A DNA stretch of 31,916 bases from a virus (taxonomy: Duplodnaviria; Caudoviricetes), in the IMG/VR virus record IMGVR_UViG_3300026187_000056, positions 1 through 31,916 of that record; one strand, 5' to 3'. The position numbers and the translations under genes are program-made. The notes beneath the pieces were generated by a model. That model saw only the letters and a program-made list of their open reading frames with translations, ran no database searches and was not told the origin of the DNA. Shown piece after piece: positions 8,211-15,997 of the stretch (positions are counted from its first letter, which is position 1; every line of letters begins with the position of its first letter).

Positions 8211-8266
8211 TTTACTTTTAGATTCAGATATAGATAATGGAACACATGGAGCGGCACGGTGCGGCT
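8211..8266 (+). promoter_or_regulatory. Probable early promoter with AT-rich upstream region and leader hairpin
   Basis: TTTACT-N16-GATAAT (8211-8238) preceded by A/T tracts, then imperfect hairpin GAGCGGCACGGTGCGGCTC and SD GGAG before ATG 8286. Confidence 0.45.
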
Positions 8267-8285
8267 CACAAACGGAGAAAAACGA

Positions 8286-8561
8286 ATGACTAACCCAGCA
8301 AACATCCAGGCAGTACAGGCTAAAGAACTGAAGAATGGCAAGTATGAATTCACTGCAATCCTCGAAGATGGCTCGCGGGAAATCATCAAAAAGGCTGGCG
8401 CTTTGAAGCCTTTCGTTAATGTTTATGAAGAGTATGTAAACGGCAACGGAAAACTTAATGAACTCAGCGCATATTGCACATACAACAACAGGCCCGGAGT
8501 TAAACAGGGCTGGCGCAGGAAAATATCGCCAATCAAATCAATCGAAGTCGAGTTGATCTAA
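8286..8561 (+). CDS. Hypothetical protein
   Basis: SD GGAG; coding-like composition. Confidence 0.75.
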   Translation: MTNPANIQAVQAKELKNGKYEFTAILEDGSREIIKKAGALKPFVNVYEEYVNGNGKLNELSAYCTYNNRPGVKQGWRRKISPIKSIEVELI

Positions 8562-8581
8562 TCAAAAACTGACAACCAAGC

Positions 8582-8607
8582 CCAGACCCGCTTAATTGCG
8601 GGTTTGG
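8582..8607 (+). other. Intergenic 10-bp hairpin without U-tract
   Basis: CCAGACCCGC-TTAATT-GCGGGTTTGG. Confidence 0.5.
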
Positions 8608-8639
8608 CGGTGAAAATAAACCAAAAAGAGGGCAAACCA

Positions 8640-8981
8640 ATGAACGAAGCGGTGAAAAAAATTGCGCAGGACTGTGTTTTTCAGATTATCAGATATGGCG
8701 ATTACGATCCTACCGATGCGGTTCTGGATGATGTTTTGGATGCATTGCTTGATACTGAGTCTGCTGGTGATATCTACTACAACGCAATAAACGGCGATGA
8801 GTTGCTTGCCGAGTTGCGTATTCGGCAGCATGACTTGAAGAATCTGGAAGCCCAAAAGATGGCAAATCGACGCGAAGCCCAACTGCTGAGAGAATATGCG
8901 GCTGATATTTTAGAATCGTATTCAAATGATTCTTGGATAGCGTGGGAAAGGCAAACAGGGCCGATGGAGGCATATCCATGA
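8640..8981 (+). CDS. Hypothetical acidic protein
   Basis: SD GAGGG before ATG 8640; coupled to the next gene. Confidence 0.75.
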   Translation: MNEAVKKIAQDCVFQIIRYGDYDPTDAVLDDVLDALLDTESAGDIYYNAINGDELLAELRIRQHDLKNLEAQKMANRREAQLLREYAADILESYSNDSWIAWERQTGPMEAYP

Positions 8982-9172
8982 AGAATATTGCAAAGGAAGC
9001 GTTCTACGCGATAGCAAGTTGTTTTCTGATGGTTTTCCTGGTGATGATGTTTTTGCACGGGATAACGTCAGCAGATCCGTATTACAGCGATGTCTGCGAA
9101 CAGCGCAGAGCATGGGAAGCAACTGGTCATGACTATGTTGGCATTCCTCCAGGAGCAGAGAACTGCTTGTGA
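8978..9172 (+). CDS. Small membrane-anchored hypothetical protein
   Basis: SD GGAGG, ATGA coupling, one hydrophobic helix. Confidence 0.75.
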   Translation: MKNIAKEAFYAIASCFLMVFLVMMFLHGITSADPYYSDVCEQRRAWEATGHDYVGIPPGAENCL

Positions 9173-9393
9173 AAAAAGATATGGTAAATAGCCCGCCGCA
9201 TTATGCTGGCCAGGGAGTTGAATGTATTGATTACATCAAGCAGCAACTCACTGCTGAACAGTTCAGGGGTTATTTGCTTGGCAACGTCACAAAGTATATC
9301 CATCGCCACAACTATAAAAACGGGCTGGAAGATCTGAAGAAGGCCCAGTGGTATCTGGGCAGGTATATCGACGAATACCAGGGTGATCAATGA
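9169..9393 (+). CDS. DUF3310 (SaV / T7 gp1.7-like) protein
   Basis: DMVNSPPHY...ECIDYI...GYLLGNVTKYIHR...KNGLEDLKKAQWYL. Confidence 0.92.
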   Translation: MKKDMVNSPPHYAGQGVECIDYIKQQLTAEQFRGYLLGNVTKYIHRHNYKNGLEDLKKAQWYLGRYIDEYQGDQ

Positions 9394-9569
9394 GACAAGA
9401 AAGCGAACTGAACATCATCGAACACTGCGACCAGTGCATTCACCAAATACGGGACAAAGTTAATCCGAATCGTTTATACTGTGCCAAACTCACTGACAAA
9501 TATGGGTTTGGAGTGGAAATATGCGTGAATCGGAATTTCCCAACGAGTTGCCCGCTGCCGAAAGTCTGA
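9390..9569 (+). CDS. Small Cys-rich putative Zn-binding protein, 59 aa (not in ORF track)
   Basis: ATGA coupling; MRQESELNIIEHCDQCIH...LYCAKL...FPTSCPLPKV. Confidence 0.7.
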   Translation: MRQESELNIIEHCDQCIHQIRDKVNPNRLYCAKLTDKYGFGVEICVNRNFPTSCPLPKV

Positions 9570-9571
9570 CA

Positions 9572-9784
9572 GTGAACAATCCCTGCGTTGGGGTATGTTC
9601 TACCAGTACAGTCGGATCAATCTTCTGCGTGGGCTGCAATCGATATTACAAAGATGTGATCGACTGGAACGCTTATAGTTTGGATGAAAAGATCCTGGCC
9701 ATGATGCGGGCTGTCGAGCATCGCAAGGCCAAAGAAAAGGGCTTTGTGGACGATAATCACGACTATCTGAAAACTATGCTATAA
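9572..9784 (+). CDS. DUF1289-family Cys-rich protein
   Basis: NPCVGVCSTSTVGSIFCVGCNRYYKDVIDWN; start uncertain (GTG 9572 or ATG 9521). Confidence 0.8.
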   Translation: MNNPCVGVCSTSTVGSIFCVGCNRYYKDVIDWNAYSLDEKILAMMRAVEHRKAKEKGFVDDNHDYLKTML

Positions 9785-9832
9785 TCCCTGCATCAGCTGC
9801 TTGGGGCGGCTGCGCATTTTGTACGGGGTACA
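9777..9832 (+). promoter_or_regulatory. Extended -10 promoter plus two leader hairpins
   Basis: TGcTATAAT (9777-9785); CAGCTGC-TTGGG-GCGGCTG; TGTAC-GGG-GTACA covering the SD of ATG 9834. Confidence 0.65.
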
Positions 9833-9833
9833 G

Positions 9834-10469
9834 ATGGCAAAAGACTTGATAGAGCATTCGGTTGTCTCAATAGACGATCTGATACCATACGCTCTAAATT
9901 CTCGCACTCATTCCGATGCTCAAGTGGCGCAGATTGCTGCCAGCATATCGGAGTTCGGATTTCTCAATCCAATCATCGTGGACGGCGAAAACGGCATAAT
10001 TGCTGGGCATGGCCGCGTATTAGCTGCCCGTAAACTGGGCAAAACCCATCTTCCAGTAGTCCAGGCAAAGCATCTGACAGAGGCTCAAAAAAGGGCTTAT
10101 GTCATCGCCGACAACCGCTTGGCTCTAAACGCCGGGTGGGACAATGAAATTCTTAGATTAGAAATTGAAGATTTGAAAGAACTTGATTTTGATGTCACGA
10201 TTTTGGGATTCGATGACAGTGAGCTGGATGCTTTATCATTTGGAGATGAATCTGATGTTCTGGATAAAATGCCAGACCTTCCAAGTGGTGATAAAGAACC
10301 TTTTCAGCAAAAAACTTTCATTCTGCATGACGAGCAAGTCTCTATTGTTGATGATGCAATCACTTTGGCGCGAACTAATCCGCTTGCTGATACCGGAATC
10401 AACGAAAATAGCAACGGAAACGCTCTTGCTCTGATTTGTAGTCAGTGGATAGAGGCCAATCGTGACTAG
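9834..10469 (+). CDS. ParB/Srx-like N-terminal domain protein of a DNA-modification module
   Basis: LIPYALNSRTHS..QVAQIAASISEFGFLNPII..IIAGHGRVLAA..AYVIADNRL; no methyltransferase domain follows. Confidence 0.9.
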   Translation: MAKDLIEHSVVSIDDLIPYALNSRTHSDAQVAQIAASISEFGFLNPIIVDGENGIIAGHGRVLAARKLGKTHLPVVQAKHLTEAQKRAYVIADNRLALNAGWDNEILRLEIEDLKELDFDVTILGFDDSELDALSFGDESDVLDKMPDLPSGDKEPFQQKTFILHDEQVSIVDDAITLARTNPLADTGINENSNGNALALICSQWIEANRD

Positions 10470-11223
10470 CGCAAAAGACATCGCCATCAAGCCAATAACT
10501 GCGCAAGCAGCTAATGCTCTAGTGAAGCGGGTGCATTATAGCGGTAAGCACACTCAGAACAGCCAATTGCATTTCGGGGTATTTTTAAGAGGAAGGCTTG
10601 AAGGGGCAATGCAATTCGGCCCTTCAATAGATAAGCGCAAAACGCAGTCGATTGTTGCGGGAACCAAATGGAATGGATTCATCGAGCTTAACCGAATGGC
10701 GTTTTCAGATATCTTGCCGCGCAACAGCGAGAGTAGAGCGCTTTCTATAGCATTCAAATTGATTCGCAATCATTATCCACACATTGAATGGATTATCAGC
10801 TTTGCTGATGCAACGCAATGCGGCGATGGTGCAATTTATCGCGCATCTGGCTTCATATTGACCGGAATTAAAAAAAATGTGCAGATGCTACTAATGCCAG
10901 ACGGATCAATAATCGCAAAAAAAACGCTCGATAATCCAAATAACATGGGGCCAAGTGGGGCGTTTGGGAGCCGTGCAGCAAAGGAATCTGGCGCTGTGCC
11001 ATTGCCGGGATATCAACTCCGTTATATTTATTTTCTCAACCGAGATGCCCGCAACCGATTAACAGTTCCAGAGCTGCCATTCAGCAAAATTGACGAAATG
11101 GGCGCAGGTATGTACAAAGGAAAATCAAAGCGCGTGAAGCAGGCTAATTCTGGTGACCAACCGGGAAGCGGCGGGGCAGCACCGACCCATGCGCTCCAAT
11201 TTCAAGTAGAAAATTCCACATGA
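10462..11223 (+). CDS. mom: Mom-family GNAT-fold DNA adenine hypermodification enzyme
   Basis: HYSGK, ELNRMAFSD.LPRNSESRALS, P.IEWIISFAD..QC..GAIYRASGF..TG and QLRYIYFL match the Mu Mom motif pattern; located just before terS. Confidence 0.85.
   Translation: MTSAKDIAIKPITAQAANALVKRVHYSGKHTQNSQLHFGVFLRGRLEGAMQFGPSIDKRKTQSIVAGTKWNGFIELNRMAFSDILPRNSESRALSIAFKLIRNHYPHIEWIISFADATQCGDGAIYRASGFILTGIKKNVQMLLMPDGSIIAKKTLDNPNNMGPSGAFGSRAAKESGAVPLPGYQLRYIYFLNRDARNRLTVPELPFSKIDEMGAGMYKGKSKRVKQANSGDQPGSGGAAPTHALQFQVENST
11130..11198 (+). tRNA. Non-canonical D-armless tRNA-Gly(ACC)-like element inside the mom 3' end
   Basis: Acceptor GCGCGTG/CATGCGC followed by TCCA; anticodon arm TCTGG-TGACCAA-CCGGG; T-arm GGCGG-GGCAGCA-CCGaCC. 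Confidence 0.7.
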
Positions 11224-11585
11224 AACGCGGCAGACAGGGTGAAGGCGGAGGAAGGCCCATGAGAGTATTTGATGAGGGCGAAGTCGCCCAGGTAGAAACC
11301 CTGGCCGCTGTTATGTCGAAAAAGCAGATGTCCGATTATTTCGGTGTCGGCGAGACCACTTTCCGCGAGATCGAGGGCAGACAGCCTGAAGTTTCCGAGG
11401 CTTATCAAAAAGGTAAAGCCAAAGCCATCGGATCGATCGGCCAATCTTTGATCCAGAACGCCAAGCAGGGCAATGTCACCGCGCAGATTTTCTATCTGAA
11501 AACGCAAGCTGGATGGCGTGAAAGCAATGAATCCGAATCGCAGCGCGAACCAATAACGATCAATCTGATCAAGCCAGATGGCTGA
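11220..11585 (+). CDS. terS: Terminase small subunit
   Basis: GGGRP start, HTH, AYQKGKAKAI..L.QNAKQGNVTAQIFYLKTQAGW; directly before terL. Confidence 0.8.
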   Translation: MKRGRQGEGGGRPMRVFDEGEVAQVETLAAVMSKKQMSDYFGVGETTFREIEGRQPEVSEAYQKGKAKAIGSIGQSLIQNAKQGNVTAQIFYLKTQAGWRESNESESQREPITINLIKPDG

Positions 11586-12816
11586 TATACGGCCAACTGC
11601 GCCGCAGTATGAATACATAACCAGCGATGCAAGATTCCCGGCTCTAGTGGCTGGGTTTGGTGCTGGCAAGACCGAGGCAGCGATCCTGCGGTCGATATTC
11701 GGCATTCTGCGCAACCCGGGCTTGAATCGTGGGTTCTATGAACCGACCTATGATCTGATTCGTATGATTGCTTGGCCAAGATTTGAGCAGACTTTGACGG
11801 AGATGAATGTCCCATACAAACTGCAAAAATCACCGCTGAACCAGATCACCATCGAGGGCTACGGCGTGATCTTTTTCCGAAGCATGGAGAATCCGAATAG
11901 AATCATCGGATACGAGCATGCCGATGCCGATATCGACGAACTGGATACTCTCAAGAAGGATGACGCTGCCCACGTTTGGCGGCAAGTGATCGCCAGGAAC
12001 AGGCAGCAGAAGCCAGACGGCATCAACTCTATCGGCGTGACCACAACGCCAGAGGGCTTCCGATTCGTCTATGACACATGGAAGCGCGATCCGCAGCAGG
12101 GATATGAAATCATCCAAGCGCCGACCAGATCCAACAAGCATCTCCCGCCTGGCTATATTGAATCCCTGGAGGATATATATCCGGCCAGTTTGCTTGATGC
12201 CTATCTCGAAGGCAATTTCGTCAATCTCACATTCGGCACTGTGTACAATAGCTATGAACGCGGGATGCACCATAGTCGGGAGACCATTCGCCCAGGCGAG
12301 CCGCTGTATATCGGATGCGACTTCAACGTCACCAAGCAGTGCGCGGTGGTCTATGTCCGGCGCAACGGCGATGAATGGCATGCAGTTGAAGAGTTGATCG
12401 ATATGTATGACACGCCGGATATGATCCGAATCATCGAGGATCGGTATTCAGATCATCCGATCTATATCTACCCGGACGCAACTGGCCGAGCCAGGAAAAC
12501 AGTGAATGCCAGCACTTCAGACATATCTCTGATCGAGCAAGCTGGATTCATGGTTCGCGTCAAGAAGTCGAATCCATCTGTAAAAGATCGCGTTATGGCA
12601 GCGAATGCTGCTTTTGAGCGCGGTGTGCTATACTGCAACGCTATAAATTGCAAGACTCTGGCCGAAGCATTCGAGCAGTTGGCTTATGACAAGAATGGCG
12701 AGCCGGACAAGAAAAGCGGGCTTGATCACGCCATTGACGCTGCGACATATCCGATTGCGTATGAAATGCCAATCCAAAAGCCAGTGGCCCATATACCAGT
12801 GAATTTCAGCATGTAG
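11578..12816 (+). CDS. terL: Terminase large subunit
   Basis: Walker A AGFGAGKT, Walker B DIDELD, TTTPEGF; nuclease motifs GCDFN and DHAIDA. Confidence 0.96.
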   Translation: MADIRPTAPQYEYITSDARFPALVAGFGAGKTEAAILRSIFGILRNPGLNRGFYEPTYDLIRMIAWPRFEQTLTEMNVPYKLQKSPLNQITIEGYGVIFFRSMENPNRIIGYEHADADIDELDTLKKDDAAHVWRQVIARNRQQKPDGINSIGVTTTPEGFRFVYDTWKRDPQQGYEIIQAPTRSNKHLPPGYIESLEDIYPASLLDAYLEGNFVNLTFGTVYNSYERGMHHSRETIRPGEPLYIGCDFNVTKQCAVVYVRRNGDEWHAVEELIDMYDTPDMIRIIEDRYSDHPIYIYPDATGRARKTVNASTSDISLIEQAGFMVRVKKSNPSVKDRVMAANAAFERGVLYCNAINCKTLAEAFEQLAYDKNGEPDKKSGLDHAIDAATYPIAYEMPIQKPVAHIPVNFSM

Positions 12817-12826
12817 AGGCATCGGA

Positions 12827-14200
12827 ATGTCTGTATCAAATACAAATGTCACTTATGACAAGGCAATGGACAAGTGGGAGTTGACCCGCAGCGCGGCTGC
12901 TGGCGTTTCTCTCAAAGATTCTCAAAAGTTCATTACCCGGCGAACGCACGAAGATGAAAACCAGTATGTGATTCGGCTTGAGAAAGCCATATATACAAAC
13001 TACACAGGGCGAACTCTGTCCGGGCTGAAGGGCGCGATATTTCGCCTGGAGCCGAGGGTTGAACTGCCCGATGATATGGAGTTCATGCGCGACAACGCTG
13101 ATGGAGCCGGGCAGTCAATCATTCAGGTTTCCAAGTATGCGACCGATGAAGTGATGCTGACGGGGCGTTTCGGCATGCTGGCAGATTATCCCAGCGTCGA
13201 AGAAGGGCTGACTGCCGAGCAGATCAATCGCATGGGCTTACAGCCGCACATCGCGACCTATACCGCTGAATCAATCATCAACTGGCATGTCCATACCTAT
13301 AATGGCAAGCAACATCTGGGAATGCTGGTTCTCAAAGAGCAGCAGCAAGTTCATTACGACGAATTCGTCTGGGATTACGTCGATCAGTACCGGGTTCTGC
13401 GGATGAACGACGAATATCAGTACACTCAGCAGCTTTATGACCAGGATGGCGACCCGGTAACCGAGGAAATCGTGATTCGGGACGCAGCTGGTCAGTCATT
13501 TGATCACATTCCATTCCATTTCATCGGATCGAATAACAATCTGCCCAGCATCGATGAGCCGGTGTTGTATGACATCGCTCGGGTGAATATTGGGCATTTT
13601 CGTAACAGTGCTGACCATGAGAATAATCTATCTGTTCATGGCGGCGGTACGCTGGTCGTTTCGACCGATATGTCTACCGAAGCATTCCAAGCTGCCAATC
13701 CTGGCGGGATCACTGTCGGCGAGAACGCTGGAATCATACTCTCCGAGGGCGGCAAGGCAGAACTTCTGCAATTGCAGTCTGCTGGTGCGCTCCGCGAAGA
13801 AATGGAGCATAAAGAGCAGATGATGGTTCAGATCGGAGCCAAGATCATCAGCAAGGGCGGCGGTCAGCGAACAGCGATGGAAGCCATGATCCAGGCGACA
13901 TCAGAGAATTCAATGCTCGACACTGTGGTCGGCAACATCGATGAATCAATGACCAATGTCATCACCGACTGCCGCAGATTCGTATCCACGACTGAAACAG
14001 AAATCGAGTTTCAGCTGAACAATGATTTCTGGCAGGACACGATTGCTCCGCAGGAAATTATGGCGATGATCCAGGGATACGATGCTGGAGTTATGCCGAA
14101 AGTCGAGATCGTGCGCAGACTCAAGGATGCGGGCTGGATTCAGAACGATGCGCTGCCAGAAGATATCCTGGCGGCTATTGATCAGGAATCTCCGCTATAA
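12827..14200 (+). CDS. Portal protein (DUF4055-like)
   Basis: Position after terL, 457 aa, YTNYTGRTLSGLKG, IPFHFIG and LYDIARVNIGHFRNSADHE motifs. Confidence 0.88.
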   Translation: MSVSNTNVTYDKAMDKWELTRSAAAGVSLKDSQKFITRRTHEDENQYVIRLEKAIYTNYTGRTLSGLKGAIFRLEPRVELPDDMEFMRDNADGAGQSIIQVSKYATDEVMLTGRFGMLADYPSVEEGLTAEQINRMGLQPHIATYTAESIINWHVHTYNGKQHLGMLVLKEQQQVHYDEFVWDYVDQYRVLRMNDEYQYTQQLYDQDGDPVTEEIVIRDAAGQSFDHIPFHFIGSNNNLPSIDEPVLYDIARVNIGHFRNSADHENNLSVHGGGTLVVSTDMSTEAFQAANPGGITVGENAGIILSEGGKAELLQLQSAGALREEMEHKEQMMVQIGAKIISKGGGQRTAMEAMIQATSENSMLDTVVGNIDESMTNVITDCRRFVSTTETEIEFQLNNDFWQDTIAPQEIMAMIQGYDAGVMPKVEIVRRLKDAGWIQNDALPEDILAAIDQESPL

Positions 14201-15241
14201 ATGTCAGCCAATGACTTTTTGCTTGATGCTGGAATACGGCATCAGATATTTGTCCAGCGATATGCGGGTGGCCAGGTGAAGGAATTGCTTGGCTACCTGC
14301 GCGATATGGTTGCCGATGTTGAGCGCAAATTGCTTGAAGCCCAGACACTAAGCGAGGCGCAGCGGCTTACTGCCGATCTGCGAGAAATCCAGAATGTCAT
14401 CGATGATGGTCTGGAGCGCATGAATCGTGGTTTGCTGGATAGCGTTTCCGATCTGGCCGAATATGAAGCGGAGTTCGCGGTAAAGACACTGAACACGGCA
14501 TCCACAATCGATGCGGTGCTGCCGCAGAGCGAATTGCTCCGGGCTTTGGTCACAACGACTCCGATGGGCTTGCAAGTCGGCAACGCCAGGCAGGAACTCA
14601 CAATCGAGCAAGCTGCCCAGACATACAGCCGCAAAAAGAGCGGTGAATTGCGCAGGATAATCCAGACCGGGTTTGTAGAGGGCGCAACAGTTCAAGATTT
14701 GACCAGCCAGGTTCGGCGAGTTGCCAAGCGGCAGCGATCCCAAGCAGAGGCGCTAGTTCGGACATCGATCAACCATATTTCATCTGAAGCCCGGCGGGAA
14801 ACGCATCTGGCGAATTCCGATATATTGAAAGGCGAGGAATTTGTCGCTGTATTGGATAACCGAACGACAATCGGCTGCGCGGCGCTCGACGGCAAGATTT
14901 TCCCATTCAATCGTGGCCCGGAAACACCGAGGCACTGGAACTGCCGATCTATACGGGTTCCGGCTTTGGATGATCGCTTCCAAGAAGGCGGGCTGGTTGG
15001 AACCAGGGCCAGCAAGGGATCGGATTTCACTGGCCAGGTATCAGCGAAACGAACTTATGGCGGTTGGCTAAAAGATCAAAGCGCGACATTCCAGGATGAA
15101 GTTCTGGGATCGGATCGCGGAAAATTATTCAGGCAGGGCGGTCTGAGCATCGAAAGTTTTTCCGATGATATGGGCCGACAGTATTCCCTGGATGAGTTGA
15201 GATTGCTGGAACCAGTGGCGTTTGAACGCGCTGGTGTATGA
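14201..15241 (+). CDS. Head morphogenesis/minor capsid protein (SPP1 gp7 / Mu gpF)
   Basis: AEALVRT, LDNRTTIGCAALDG, PRHWNCRS. Confidence 0.92.
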   Translation: MSANDFLLDAGIRHQIFVQRYAGGQVKELLGYLRDMVADVERKLLEAQTLSEAQRLTADLREIQNVIDDGLERMNRGLLDSVSDLAEYEAEFAVKTLNTASTIDAVLPQSELLRALVTTTPMGLQVGNARQELTIEQAAQTYSRKKSGELRRIIQTGFVEGATVQDLTSQVRRVAKRQRSQAEALVRTSINHISSEARRETHLANSDILKGEEFVAVLDNRTTIGCAALDGKIFPFNRGPETPRHWNCRSIRVPALDDRFQEGGLVGTRASKGSDFTGQVSAKRTYGGWLKDQSATFQDEVLGSDRGKLFRQGGLSIESFSDDMGRQYSLDELRLLEPVAFERAGV

Positions 15242-15254
15242 TTCTCAACATTTT

Positions 15255-15304
15255 TGCTACAATTCACAGAATGCTGCGGGGCAGCTTAAAAAGTACGGGG
15301 TACT
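15255..15304 (+). promoter_or_regulatory. Extended -10 promoter plus two GGG-triloop leader hairpins
   Basis: TGcTACAAT (15255-15263); GCTGC-GGG-GCAGC; AGTAC-GGG-GTACT over the SD of ATG 15308. Confidence 0.65.
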
Positions 15305-15307
15305 AGC

Positions 15308-15976
15308 ATGATCGAATATCAAGTGGATAGCATTGAAGACCTGGATGAATCTGTCCAGGGGCTGTATGAGCAAGACGGCGACAAGTTTGTTTTGAAAGTC
15401 ACCGGGATGCCGCAGCCAGAGGACACAACAGGGCTGAAAAACAAAGTCGAACAGTTGATGGATGAAGCGAAGGAAGCAAAGCGCAAAGCCAAGCAACTTG
15501 AAGAAATGAAAGCCCAGCAGGAAGAAGATATCGCCAAGGAAAAAGGCGAATTTAAAACTCTTTGGGAGCAAGCCCAGACCAGGCTGGCCGAAAAAGACAA
15601 TGAACTGAAAGAATTTACTGGTAAAATACAGCAAAAGGATATCGATTCGGCATCTGCGCAGATTGGTGCGCGGCTGGCCAAGTCAGATACCAAGCGAGCC
15701 GAGGTATTGAGCGACTACGCTTCAAAGTATGCTCGGCATGATGGTGAGCGTGTACAATTTTTAATCGGCGGCATGGAAGTTGATTCTGCCGCTTTAATGG
15801 ATCACTTGAAGAAAGAATTTCCATTTTTAGTGGACGGCTCAAGCGCGACCGGGGGTGGTGCATCGAGTTCATCAAGCAGCGGGGCTGCGAAACAAATCAG
15901 TCGCTCTGAATTTGATCGAATGACTCCAGACAGGAAAATGTCATTCATCAAAGACGGGGGCGCAATCGAAGATTAA
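15308..15976 (+). CDS. Capsid scaffolding protein
   Basis: Coiled-coil, G/S-rich linker and short C-terminal helix pair; directly before the capsid gene. Confidence 0.85.
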   Translation: MIEYQVDSIEDLDESVQGLYEQDGDKFVLKVTGMPQPEDTTGLKNKVEQLMDEAKEAKRKAKQLEEMKAQQEEDIAKEKGEFKTLWEQAQTRLAEKDNELKEFTGKIQQKDIDSASAQIGARLAKSDTKRAEVLSDYASKYARHDGERVQFLIGGMEVDSAALMDHLKKEFPFLVDGSSATGGGASSSSSSGAAKQISRSEFDRMTPDRKMSFIKDGGAIED

Positions 15977-15997
15977 TCCCGACAAGGACTTTTTATC

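Noticed and set aside
8092-8289. 65-aa ORF MICGDCW...
   Set aside because: No clear SD and it runs through the AT-rich promoter region; cannot be supported, though not excluded.
11130-11198. Calling the element a normal translational tRNA-Gly
   Set aside because: No D-arm, no UUCG-type T-loop, G rather than U at position 33, and ACC anticodons are essentially unused in bacteria.
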